This document shows positions 18,518-32,298 of a stretch of DNA of 64,000 bases, in pieces (the first letter of the stretch is position 1; each line of letters begins with the position of its first letter). The position numbers and the translations under genes are program-made. The DNA is from the human T2T-CHM13v2.0 reference genome, Homo sapiens, in assembly GCF_009914755.1 (NCBI RefSeq), contig NC_060933.1. One strand, written 5' to 3'. The notes beneath the pieces were generated by a model. The model made no database searches. It saw only the letters and a program-made list of their open reading frames with translations, and had not been told where the DNA came from.

Positions 18518-18670
18518 AGCCAGGCACAGTGGTTCACGCCTGTGATTCCAGCACTTTGAGAGGCTGAGGCAGGAAGATCAGTTGAGCCGAGGAATTCAAG
18601 ACCAGCCTGGCAACATGGCGAGACCCTTTCTCTATATTTAAAAAACAAACAAACAAACAAAAACCAAAAA
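18518..18670 (+). mobile_element. Alu left monomer (FLAM-like)
   Basis: A single Alu arm with an A-rich tail. Confidence 0.8.
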
Positions 18671-19584
18671 GACAAATCTCGGCTGCACTGCTTACAAACA
18701 CTGTGCTCTTTGGTGGTTACTTCATCTCTCTGAGCCTCAGTTTTCTCACCCCCTCTGTAAAATGGGGCTGGAAGGAATCAGTCAGATTTTGAGGCTAAAA
18801 TGCAGTTTGTTCCCTATGGGGGCTCAGTAAAAAAAATTCACTTCACTCTACACTGCTTAAACATTTACTAAAAGCTTGTGTATCCTAACAGTAAATCATG
18901 GGACCTCAATTTTCCAGGACTATTCCAATTTCAAATCCTCTGTCCTAACTTTCCATATAAACCATCAAAATGTTTCAAAAATTCCACTCTCTCAGTATCC
19001 AAACACTTCTCAGGCCTCCTCTTGCACAAAGCAGTGGCACACACATTCTTTTTTCACACTACAGATCCCGTTCTTTGGTTCAGAAAACGCAGTCAGCACA
19101 GTCCTGCCGGTCCCCTAAAGGAAATGGGGTCAGTGCTCCACTGCAATTCAGACTGGGCTGTTTCCCGGCACATCTATGTAAAGGCAGCCAGGGGGAGGCC
19201 GGGCCACAATCAGAGCATCACCCACAGAGGGACATACACTGGGCAGAGGAGTTCAGCCCCCACCTACTTGTACCTGGGAGGCAGCCTGGCGACAGGGTTG
19301 CTGTGAAGATTAAATGAATTAAGTTACTATTTGGAGAGCACTCACAACAGTGTGTGGCAACCAATAAGTACAGATTAGTGCTGATAACTAAAACCAGAGG
19401 CATCCCTGCAGAAGTTACTCCTGCCTCAAAGACAACACAGTGGCATTGCTCCCATCCAGGTGAAAACAAGGAGAATAGGCACTTAGCCCTGGGCTAGGTG
19501 AGGCCTGGCCCATGTACAGAGATAAAGCAGACCCGAACCAGAGCAGGTGGGTTCTGCATTAGTGAACACCAAGAGGCTGGATTT

Positions 19585-19845
19585 GGCTGGGTGCGGTGGC
19601 TCACGCCTATATCTCCACACTTTGGGAGGCCAAGGCAGGAGGACTGTTTGAGCCCAGGAGTTCGAGACCAGCTTGGGCAACATAGTAAGACTTTGTCTCC
19701 ACAAAAAATAAAAAATTAGCTGGGTGTGGTGGCACATGCCTGTAGTCCCAGGTGCGAGGTACAAGGAGGACTGCTTGAGCCATGATCGGGCCACTGCACT
19801 CCAGCCTGATGACAGAGTGAGACCTTGTCTCAAAAAACAAAAAAG
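19585..19845 (+). mobile_element. AluJ-like with internal deletion
   Basis: Alu consensus. Confidence 0.85.
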
Positions 19846-22088
19846 ACCAGGTTGGACTTGGAGAAGAATCACCACGCCTATGATCCACAAAGTCTCTTCA
19901 TGCCTTTGCCCCTGCTGTTTTGCCTGCCCTAAATGCCATCTTGTTCCTAAGTTTGAGGCTTAATTCAAATTATGCCTTGAAGTTAGAACTAACTTCTCCC
20001 CATGGTTAGAACTACGCTCCACAGTGTCTCCTGATGCCCATCGGAATGAATGGCTGCATCCTCTGGTGTCTCTTGCACCTAGCTTATCCTTTTAAAGTAC
20101 TTACAGGACCATGGACAGATGGATGGGGACGCACATACACATATACAAACTGTCTTTCCAAATCCACCATGAATCCTTCCAAGGCAGGGGTTCAGCGTTC
20201 ACCTCTGTAGCCCTATGGCCTAATACATGGTAGAGACTCAATAAATGTCTCAATTTGCTGTTAAATCTGTGCTCACACCTGGTCTTGGAATAACAAGTTA
20301 ACCTGGGGGCAGTGGGAAGCTTCAGGTGCACACACAAGCAGAAGCTCTGGAGATGCAACATTTCTGGGTCTTAGAACCCATTACCAAATCAGTTTTCAGC
20401 CAGGGGCTTACCAAGCACTTCTCAGGTCCTTCTCGGCCAGAGGAAAGAAGACATCTATAAGATCAGGCTCTGAGGTCACCTGGACCCAGCCAAGAGCAGT
20501 GTGGACACTGACCTGGTCTCCTCCTGTCTCTATTAGAGTTGGAATGAAGAGCTGATGCTGGGTAGGCTACTGCACCCCCACCAGCCCTTCCAGACCAGGG
20601 TATGTGCTGGGTGCCTTCAGCATTCCAGCTTCTACAACAGATCTTGGGAAAAGATAAAGAGGCATTGTCCCTGCTTTCCAGGACCGCAATGCTGGAAGGT
20701 GAGCTCTCCTGGGAAAAGATGTAGGGACCACAAATTGCTGGTCTTTTCTCAACCACCACAAACCCGGAGGGTTGGGGAAAGGCAGGGTGCCATGTCTTCT
20801 CACTCCCTCCCATCCCCAAAGCTGAGCCCTTCTGGTAGGTTATGCCTGTCCTAGAAAATGTCTCTTGTGTGCCTGGACCTGTAGTTCAGAAGGTCAAAAT
20901 TGGTCCCTCTTGCTCCTGGCCCCACTCTACCTTTGCCAGCTCAGTTTCCTTATCTGCAAGGTGGGGAATGGGGTGGGGTTTGGCAGCAACAAACCCCACT
21001 GTGTGTGAAACCTTCCAGTTCACAGCCAACAAAGCGTTGCTCTCAATTCTCTGAAGCCAATTACCACCTCGGAACCCCAGCTTTTTCCAGGGATAAGATT
21101 TGTCTCTGACCTTGCCTCCCTAACCAGGTCTCTGAGACTTGAATGAGAATGCTTAAAACTACCAGAGTATCTTCTGTATGATAAAAGATGAATCGAGGGG
21201 TCAGAGACATGACTGATGATATGGTAAGGGATCCTGAATCTGCTTCCATGGTAACTTGGGCTTTTTCTCCTGCTCCAAGCTGTCTGAGGGCCCACCACCT
21301 GTCTGGCCTGACCAGGGCCTGCCCTTTCCTGCACGGAAGTGGATGCAGGCAACCTGGATTCTCTGGGGTGCACCCCACATCCCCACTCAGCACTACATCT
21401 GCCATACAGAAGTTCAATAAATGCCTCAGCTACTCTGAAATGCCTTCAGTAACTTGACCTTTTATATTCCCCAGCTAATGTCTAATTTGCATATATGAGT
21501 CCTTTTTAGGAGATGGCAAATCACCAGAGAAAACGCAGGATCAATACAGAGTATTAGGCACGTTCTATTCTACTCTAATTCTCTGCAAATTGGTATTCCA
21601 TTAACTGCATGTGGGATTTATGGGAGCTCGCTATAAACTAGAATATTTAACTAGAATGGCCTACTCTGTCAGATAATAGCTTACTGTTGTTAATTTTCAA
21701 CTAGTCAATCTCAGAAAAGTTTCCAACTTCCAATATACTTCACATCTTGATTTAATCATCCGGAAAGTCATCCATATCAAAGCCTCCATACAACAAAGGG
21801 ACAGGCAGCTTGATGCAGAAGAAAAAGACCTGCCCTTGGAACCAGGAGACTTGGGTTACACCCCAGCTCTACCACATACTGTGTAATTGGCTGCTCAGAG
21901 CCTCCATGTCCTCATCTGTAAAATGGGAGTGACACCAGTCTCACAAGGGAGTTGTAAAGATTAAATAAGACGATACAGGTGAATGTACTCTGTAAGTTCT
22001 ATAAGGCTATGCAAAGGTTAGTTATTACAAAAGCACAAGATGAAATTCTCAAACAACTCGGGCTAATGACAGAAAGCAAGAATTAAAT

Positions 22089-22293
22089 TGGTGGTTCTAA
22101 AGGGGTGCGGGGGTGGCATTTTGCTCCCTAGGGGACATCTGACAATACTGGAGGCATTTTTGATTGGAACAACTGGGGAACAGGAATTGCTACTGGAATC
22201 TACAGACCAGGGATGCTTCTAAACCCTACAATGCCCAGGACACAAAGAATTATCAAACCCTAAATGTCAATAGTGCAAGGCTGAGAAACCCTG
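22089..22293 (+). mobile_element. MER20 hAT DNA transposon
   Basis: ttttgctccctaggggacat...aaagaattatc...aaatgtcaatagtgc...gagaaaccctg. Confidence 0.8.
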
Positions 22294-23049
22294 ATCTAAA
22301 TAATCGCTTAAAGTTGGATTTGGGAGCTTTTTAAAACAGAAATCTTCCTAAGCAGGCTTTACTTTCTCCCATCATCTGCTTAAACATTTGCAAGATGGAT
22401 CATCTTGCAAAACAGCTCTTTTGTAAGTGAAGCCAACTGCCAACTTCTGGAGTTTCTGAATGTATAAAACTGCTTTTAAAGGAGATGCTCTCTGATTACA
22501 ATTCGGCTAAATTGTTTTTCCGAAGGCCTTGACTTCGGCAGAAGTTCTCCTGGGCACAGAGACAGGGTCTGTCACTCCACCACTAGGCCCTGAAGATGGT
22601 TTCCTAATTCTAATTTCCTCCTGAAATGAGAGCCACGAGGGTCTCTAAACGAATTAAATTCACATCACGCCAACTGCTTGCTAGCTTTGTGCCGGGCACG
22701 GTGCCAAACACCTCCACATAATTTATCCCACTTAATCCACTCAACAACCCAGCGAGGTGGGCATTATTACCAGCTGATTGCAAGGGAGGAAACTGAGGAC
22801 CAGAGAGGTTAAACAACTTGCCAAGGTCACCAGCTGGCCAAGGGGGAGCCCAACTTGAACGGAGGTCTCCAGTTTCCAAGTCACAAGCTCTTTCCACCAG
22901 CTTGGAAAACCCAGGTGTCAAGTTGTCTCAACTTCCCATGAATTTTTAAGGCAACCGCAACTTCTCAGTAAGTTTAGGTAGCTGAAAATGGGAATTTCGG
23001 GGGGGCTGGGCACTCTCACATACACTCCCCCATCTGCAGCTGTCTCACC

Positions 23050-24060
23050 GCAGGTACCTGATAAATCATTCCATATCGTCCGCGGAACGGGGAGGATTTA
23101 TTGGCTCTGGAGTTTCGTGCCAGGCCCAGGAAATGCCATCTTTGAAAGCCGAGAGGCGGATTCGCCCTGGGAGCCGAGCGCTGGCAGCCGCTCTCGGCTA
23201 GCTCCCCGCGGGCTGTGTGCCCCCTCGGAGCCCCGAGCCGGGGTCGCGGCGGCACGGGGTCCTCCGGAGGTGCCGGACGCACGGGCTCCGCGGGTTGCGC
23301 CCGCCCCTGCCCGGCTGGAGCGCACGCCCACGCTCCGGCGCCGCGTCCCGGCCGCCAGCCCGCCCCGGCCGAGCCCCACCCGGCGCCCCGCCCGCGCCCT
23401 CCCGCCCCGGCCCCGCCAGGTGAGCGCAGCGGGGCGCCCCCTCCCCGCCCCGACGTGGTGCGGGGATCCCGGTGCAGCCGCACCCGCCAGCCCGCCCGCG
23501 CGTCCGCCGCGCGCCCCAGGGACGGGTGGGGGCGGGGTGGCGCCGAGCGCGACCCCGGCCCCCGGCAGCCCCGCACCCTGCCCCCGGCCCGCTGGGGTCG
23601 CACGGGCCCGTACCTGCAGCATCCGGGGGCGCGGAGCGCCCAGGTAGGTCGCGCGTGCGGGCGGCGCGGAAGCTCGCTCGCGGCGCGACCTGGCCGCCGT
23701 CTGAGCATGCCCAGTGCCGCCCGCGGGCGGTTCCCGCCGGCCGGGCTGGCCGCGACGGGCCCGCGCGCCGGGCGGGGGGCGGGCGTCCGGGCTGGCCTGC
23801 GGTGTTCTCCCGCCCCCGCCCCGGGCTGGCGCGCCCCGACGCATCTCCTAGGGGCACCGGGGCTCTCCGCCGACCTCCGGGCAGGTCCTGAGTTCCCTCG
23901 CGCATGCATGCAGCCATTCGTTCCACAGCCATGACTGGGCACCTACTGTGTGCCAGGCCCTCAGTGATTTCATGCCTAGGGAAGGCAAGAAGTCGGCGCC
24001 CAAAGAAACTTTGAAATGAGGAGTCTTGCACGACGGGTGCGCGGTTGAGCTGAGGTCCCG
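23050..24060. promoter_or_regulatory. PTPN3: CpG-island promoter (probable PTPN3 main promoter)
   Basis: About 1 kb of extreme GC and CpG density with many GC boxes (GGGCGG/CCGCCC). Gene identity is inferred from recalled synteny with MIR3927 and a YBX1 pseudogene upstream. Confidence 0.85.
23614..23701 (-). other. PTPN3: Non-coding first exon (5' UTR), probable PTPN3 exon 1; the TSS end is approximate
   Basis: Minus-strand donor CAG|GTACGG at 23614/23613 inside the CpG island. No coding exon is seen downstream within the window. Confidence 0.7.
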
Positions 24061-25079
24061 CTGACTTCCAGTCCAGTGCTCGTCCCTTGGCACTAGTAAG
24101 CTTCCCTGGTTAAACCTCCCCAAGGCTCGTGGGACCCCTACCTGATCTGTGCTCCTGCTTCCCACCTCCGTCTCATCTCACACCTGCCTTCCTGCGGATC
24201 CTAGAGCGCCTTTCTGTCCATCAAACACTCGAACTTCACTAACCTCAGGACATTGGCGCCCGCCTTTCCCTCTGTGGGACGTTCTTGCCCAGCTTTTCAC
24301 GTGGCCGGCGCCTTCTCATTGTACATAGGTCCCCTCCTCAGAGAGGCCTTTCCTGACCACCTTCCTCGATTAGCCCTCTGCTCCTGACCACTCCGTGTAC
24401 TCTGTTTTCTTCATAGCATTTAACAGTGATTTATCCATTTTCAGCAAATATTTATTGAACACCTATTCTGGTTTTTCTCGCGTGGGGAACAAATAGACAA
24501 AAATTCTGTCCCCCAGTGGAGTTTGGGGAAAGAGGGACAGGTAACAGATAAACAGCAAATTAGCAAACTATGCATTATATTAGAAAGTGATAAGTTCTAA
24601 GAGGAAAAAGAGCAGGGTCAGGAGATTTGGGGCTGGAGGTAAGCAGTGAATTTTCAGTGAAGCGGTCGGATAGGGCCCTTGAGCTGATGGACGGTCTGAT
24701 TGGGTGACACTGAGAAGGTGATAGTGGTATTTCAGCCACGCAGATAAGCAGGGAAGAGCATTCCTGGCCGAGGGAACAGCCAGTGCCAAGACCCAAAAGA
24801 GCGCCGGACCGCTTAGGGAACGGCAAGGAGGCAGAGGAGCAGATGAGGTTGGTCACTTTGGCTTTTCCTCCGATTTGTTTAATTCTCATGTTGTATTTCC
24901 CTCCTAAATGTCAGCTTTGGGGCTGTAGCTCTGCTTGTCTTTACTGCAGTGACCCCCCTGCAACACACTGTCTGGCACACACTAGGCGCTCAAACATTAT
25001 TTGTTGAATATGTGAACGAAGGGATGCAGAGATGGTTGGAACCCTCCAGTCGGGCCTGGGTGCCAGGTCCTGGGGGCAG

Positions 25080-25450
25080 TCGTTCCAGGGATAGACTGAG
25101 GCCTCGGCAGCCCCTGGAACCTCATTTCGGTCCTTGTCCCGGAGTCGCACGTCCCGGGATAGCGCCGCTGCAGCGGGTGCCGCCCGTGCATCGCGTCGGG
25201 GGGATTTCCGACGGAGCCCGGAGTCCAGGGGCAGGACCGCCCGCGCCCCGCCCGGCCCGGCCCGGCCTCGAGTCGCCAGCAAAACCTGGAGCCGCGGCGC
25301 CCGCTCAGCACCACTCGGACGGGCGGGGAGCGCACTGGGCATGCTCGGAGCCGGGCGGGGCCGGAGCCCCCGGAAGGAGGAGCCCCCTGGAGGGGCAGGC
25401 GACGCCCCCCGCAGAGCTCCACCCAGCGCCCCCGGGCTCAGCAGGAGGCA
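25080..25450. promoter_or_regulatory. Second small CpG island ~1.5 kb upstream of the main promoter
   Basis: Dense CpGs and GC boxes (CCGCCCGCGCCCCGCCC, GGGCGGGG), separated from the main island by L2/MIR-like sequence. Confidence 0.75.
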
Positions 25451-26045
25451 TTCTCTGTCCTTTCCCCACTGCCTTATCCTCTCTGTGCTTCAACCATTGT
25501 GAATACCTACGCTTCGATCTGGGCACCCGAGTGGAAGTTGAGTGAAATAAGGAACGTGAACGTGTTTAGACCACCTTAAAGATCCATTTCTTGAGTGCCT
25601 ACCAAAATCAGCCGTCATCCTCATGCCAGTTTGCCAACTGCTGAGATGAGGAAACCGAGGTCAACGGAGGATGTGTGAATTTTCGAAGTTGTCTTAATCT
25701 GCTGACCCCTAGACTGAAATTACCTTTTCTTTTCCCACAGCTAACAGCTGTTAGCTTAAACGATGCCCTCAACTTTGAGCTAGGAACATGCTTACACCTA
25801 AAGGAAAGACCTAAATATTTTAAAAATCATGCGTTTTAAATCACCATAACAGAAGCAGGAACAAAATGAAAGAATACTCCCCAAATTGGAAACAAACTAA
25901 GTACTCAATAACAGAGGGATGATTAATTAGGTTATGGTATATTAGTTGAAATAATAACTATCTTACACTAAGTTAAAAAGACCATGTTGCAACAGGGAAA
26001 ACACGGTACAATGTTAAATGAAAAAAAAAAAAAACCGCAGAAAAC

Positions 26046-26345
26046 AGGTCGGGTGAGGTGGCTCATGCCTGTAATCCCAGCACTTTGGGAGATCCAGGTG
26101 AGAAGGTAGCTTAAGCCCAAGAGTTCAGGACCAGCCTGGGCAACATAGCAAGACCCCATCTTTACAAAAAAAAACTTATCCAGGTGTGGTGGCATGCACC
26201 TGTGGCCTCAGCTACATGGGAGGCTGAGGTGGGAGGATCTCTTGAGCCAGGAAGGTCAAGGCTGCAGTGAGTTGTGATGGCACCATTTGTACTTCAGCCT
26301 GTATGACAGAGCGAGATTCTGTCTCAAATAAAAAAAAAAAAAAAA
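26046..26345 (+). mobile_element. AluJ-like
   Basis: Alu consensus with poly-A. Confidence 0.88.
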
Positions 26346-27901
26346 GCTAAAAACACAAATAGATTGTATAAACATGGTGTTGACACATTCACCAAGACTG
26401 GAAGGAAATATGGGAAAATTAACTAGTCATTTTTTTGGAGTAGTAAGTTTGGGTGTTTTTTAAAAGTTTATTAATGTCACAATGACATGTTTGCAATAAT
26501 AAGCATTTAAAAGATCAAATTAAAAATTCTTGTTTTGTGTATATCCAGTTACAGTAACTGCTATTATCAAGCTCAAGTACGATGAATATTTTATATATAT
26601 TCTCTCTTTAATCCTTACCATCACTCTACAGAGTGGGTGTTTTAGCTCAGTTTTACAGAAGAGAAAACAATCTAGGGGCTGTTCACAGCTGTTAAGGGGG
26701 TGAGGATTTGAACACAAGTCAATCTGATCTCAAAGTCAGGGTGTTAGGTTTTAGGACACACTGCCTCTCTGTGTAGTAGATTACCATGTATTGATGATAA
26801 GAGAAGCTATATGTCATCTAATTTTGTAGGGTTTTTTGCCTTATTTTCTCTACCCTTTGATGTGTTTGTAGGCTACAGATTACCTTTAAATGTTCTAGTC
26901 TCCTGTTACTGTTTTATTCTTGGGGCCAAAATGTTAAAGTCTATCCTTTTAAGCTGTTGCACCTGGAGTGACATAAGGTTATTATTACCAATGACAGTTG
27001 ATCTTATATCATAAGCTCCCAAACCTTACGTAAATGGGGCTTTTGAATGGGCACATAATCTTCTTAGGCTATTGTTGAACTCAGCCAAGTGTAGAGCAAA
27101 TTAAAGCCCAATTGGGAATAGAGCTGTACTCAGTCCCAGATCGACTGGTCCAGAGAGGACCCACATAGATTATCGTCTCTGGGCATTCACTTTGGAGGCA
27201 GGATCACAACATGATGGAACCACCTGGTCCATGGACTCCTCAGGGACTTTTCTGTGATGAAATGACAGAGAGCTGATAGTCCTGATGATGTTTGCTGAGA
27301 GAAAGCCAGGACCGTAAGAGCAGCCCTCCTCCTGCGAAGCTCAAAAATATAGTCACCTCTCTCTCTTAGTGCCAGTAGACTGTACCTGGCTGAAAGATCC
27401 AGAAACCGTGAAAAACAATAACAACAAAGAAAACAAAAGAGCATCATTTTATTGGAGAGTAAGATACGCTACAAACTGAATATACATCACAGGTAATGGA
27501 CCAGATTCGTAAAAGAGGAACAAGAGATGAACATCTAAACATAGTTATTAGCAGCATTCCCAGAAGCTGCCATTGGGGCAGAAAATCAGGTGCCAGGCAC
27601 TGTATGCAGGCAATTGGTTAAGGGAATTTATAGGAAGAGTTTCCTGGAAGAATCACTGAGGATTGTCATTCGCATCAAGACTTGGGAAGTCTGCCCTACT
27701 TGTACTGCTCCAGTGATTTACAAAGCAGTGCTCTGAGCTGAGATGCTAATGCTCATCAATTATTTGTGCTGTTAATGCAAGCTTATGAAGAGCCCGAGAA
27801 TCCATAAATACATGGGCAAGTGGTGCTGTTAGAATGACATGAAAAGAATATGATGTAAAATACACATGGTATGGTATGTGGGAATTCAGTAGGTTGAACT
27901 A

Positions 27902-28203
<302 letters not shown>

Positions 28204-28820
28204 ATGAAATTGCCATTTTATGGGTCAAAATGGTTGAACATCGGTAACTTCCTGTATTTCAATTTAATGCATACACATAGAACAAAAACTAGAAAAACTG
28301 CACCAAAATATTATTGGTGGTGTGTCTGACTATTGCATTTATGTGCAGAGAGGCAGGCTACAGAAGTTATCTTTTACAAATTAGGAGAATTTCAAGTCTT
28401 TGGGTGTCTATTTTTTGTATGTCTTTATAGTTCTCTAAATCTTATGTATGTTTCTTTCATAATCTGGAAAAATGAAACAAATTCAAAAGTTGGCAAGCTA
28501 AAGAAAATGATGTAAAGAGAGGGAAAATGACTACTCCAGAATTGCTCAAAAAAAAGTGAGAGGCTCCTTTCATGGAGGGTGAAGCCCACCCTGCCTACCG
28601 ACAAAGAGTCACCAGGCATGGTGAATGACAGCAAGATGTTTATTTCTGGCTCAGGAGCGAGAAGGTGGTCAGCCAGGAGCATGCTAGAGAAGCGTTAGTC
28701 AAATTCAGGACACTTCATCCCCTGAGCCTGTGTTCTAAGGCTCCTGGACTCGATGAATCTCACTTTGAGAAACACAAACATTTCAGCCTAATGTTTTATC
28801 CATTGAAAAATGTCTTTCTC

Positions 28821-29124
<304 letters not shown>

Positions 29125-30691
29125 GTCTTTCCTCTGCAAATTATCACTGTAAAAGAGGGATTTTGTCTGTAAAACTGATAAATTTGAGTACAAGAGCAGT
29201 GATGAAGGGATTGTTGTCAATTAGACATTGGTAGATTCATTCATTAAATATTTATTATATACCCTACTATGTATCAGGCACTACTCTAAGTGCTTGGGAG
29301 ACATCTGTGAACAAAACAAAAATATCCCTGCTCTCATGGAGCATACGGTCTAATAGAGCAAGGTACAAGGAACAATAAACATCATAAATAAATGAATTGT
29401 AAAAAGAGCAGGGTAAGTATAGTAGGGAGAGGGATGGGGGCAGAGAGTTGTAATTTTAAATAGGATTGAGAAACGTAATCTCTTAAGCAAACACTTAAGC
29501 AAAGACCTGAAGGAGATGAGAGTGTTATTCTTGCGGGTATCTGGGGGAAGAATCTTCTGGTCAGAGAGAATAGGATGGGTGATACCAAGGCCCTTGAGGG
29601 AGCCTCTCTAGATTAAAGAAGCTGGTGAGCAAGGGAGAAAGCTGCAGGAGATGGAGTCAGAGAGGTATCAGGCACCAGACCCGTAGGGCCCTCCCTTCAT
29701 CCTCTAGTCCCAAGAAGGACAGCCTTTCAGTCTCAGCTGGACAGGGAGCCAAGCCAACCTCATGGCTGCCAGATGTGCTTGTCAACTCATCAAAAAGTAA
29801 ATTCTTTCCCTTGGGGTGGTCAGTTGATGCCAGTTTGGTGGTAAACACAGATTCAAATAAGGGAACCAAAATTATATAGCAGCCCTCCGCTATAAGGGGG
29901 TCAGCCAGACAGTCCAGATTATGCATATATTTTTAATATTATCATAGAGATGGAAAGATGACATTAAACAATAAACTCAGATGATTCCCAGACCTTCAAG
30001 GACACTTGTGGGAACCCTCAAGGATGGAGGGAGTTTGAAAAACACTCTTTGGGTGTCCACACTGTAAAACTGACAGAGGACCATACTGTAATGGACCTGT
30101 GAACCACCATGTGGATTTGCTACCACATGGGAAAACAGAAACGTAAGTGTAGGGACTTTAAGATCCTTCTCTGGAAACTCAGATCATTGAGGATGCTTCC
30201 ATCAACAGAAGCTGAGACGATGAGACATGCAGAGAGTGGAAGATGGCGTCCTGAACTGCAGCTGACCGAAACAATCGCCTTCCCTGAAAGGGGTGGTGTC
30301 ATCTTACAAAACCCAGGGAAAATGGGTTTGTCAGAAGTCTCTCAACCACAGCCTCAAAGTTCATATACTGAAAACAAAGAGAGAGGAAAACACCTAGGTA
30401 ATGTAGAATAGTCATACAGTGGTCATGGCTTTGAAAAACCAGCAGTGATGAAGGAAATACTCAGTAATCCCTAATAGAGGATTCTAGGGAGGAGAGTCAG
30501 TAATAATAGTGAAGGCAGTGTTTCTGGAAGTGTGATCCAGGAGCCATGTAGATCACAGCCACCAGGTCACCATGGGGGAAGAAGTCTGTGTGGAAAACCA
30601 GACTCCTGACCTGAGCCATGAACCTTCTGAATCTCTGGGTGTGGCACCCAAGAACCTGCATTTTATAATTTACTATAGTAATTATTTTGGT

Positions 30692-31449
<758 letters not shown>

Positions 31450-31837
31450 AGAACATCAGCTTCTTAAAGGAGGTGCCCATAGAAAGGGGTAGAAGGAGAG
31501 GGGAAGAAGAGATGAAGAAAGGGCATGCCCCAACCACATATACGGACCCTCAGCTCTCAGGCTCTCTGCTCTTGACCTTGGGTCTCTGATGTCATCCACC
31601 ATGCTCTCCTGGGACCAGAAGCAAGCTAACCATGTGACTGGAAAGGCAGCAGTAATAGGGATAGTAGTGGTGATGTTTGCTAAGAGCAGTGGACCTTAAA
31701 ATAAACACATCAAAGTATGCAGGATACACACAAAACTGAAACTGGAAAGGTCATCCCCTCCCGAAGAGGAACTGTATGAGTGGGGCAGAGGAGGGATGGA
31801 AGTTTACATAAACCTTTTTGTACCTTCTGAATTTTCT

Positions 31838-32018
31838 TCCTTTATTTTTCTTTCTTTCATTTCTCTCCCCTTCCTTCCTTCCTTCCTACCTACCTTCTTT
31901 CCTTCCTTCCTTCTTTCCTTCCTTCCTCCCTCCCTCCTTTCCTCCCTTCCTCCCTCCTTTCCTTCCTTCCTTCCTCTCTCTCTCTTTCTTTTCTTTCTTT
32001 CTTTCTTTTTTTTTTTTT
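31838..32018 (+). repeat. ~180-bp (CCTT/CTTT)n polypyrimidine microsatellite, an expanded Alu tail
   Basis: Direct reading; it lies inside the TSD of the adjacent Alu. Confidence 0.9.
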
Positions 32019-32298
32019 GCGACAGGGTCTATCTCTGTCACCCAGGCAGGAGTGCAGAGGTACATTCTCAGCTCACTGTGGCTTCAACCTCCCAGGCTTA
32101 AGCAATCCTCCCACCCCAGCCTTCCAAGTAGCTGGGACTACAGGTGCATGCCACAACACTTGGCTGATTTTTGTATTTTTGGTAGAGATGGGGTTTTGCC
32201 TTTTTGCCCAGGCTGGTGTCAAACTCCTGAGCTCAGGCATTCCTCCCGTCTTGGCTTCCCAAAGTGCTGGGATTATAGGCATGAGCCACAGTGCCCAG
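32008..32298 (-). mobile_element. AluJ-like
   Basis: Alu consensus; TSD TCTGAATTTTCT (31826-31837, 32299-32310). Confidence 0.88.

Noticed and set aside
22988-24031. Overlapping 200-308 aa ORFs on both strands
   Set aside because: Pro/Arg/Ala/Gly-rich frames caused by stop-codon scarcity in a CpG island; no recognisable domain.
24941-25545. 120-198 aa ORFs over the second CpG island
   Set aside because: Same GC-content artefact.
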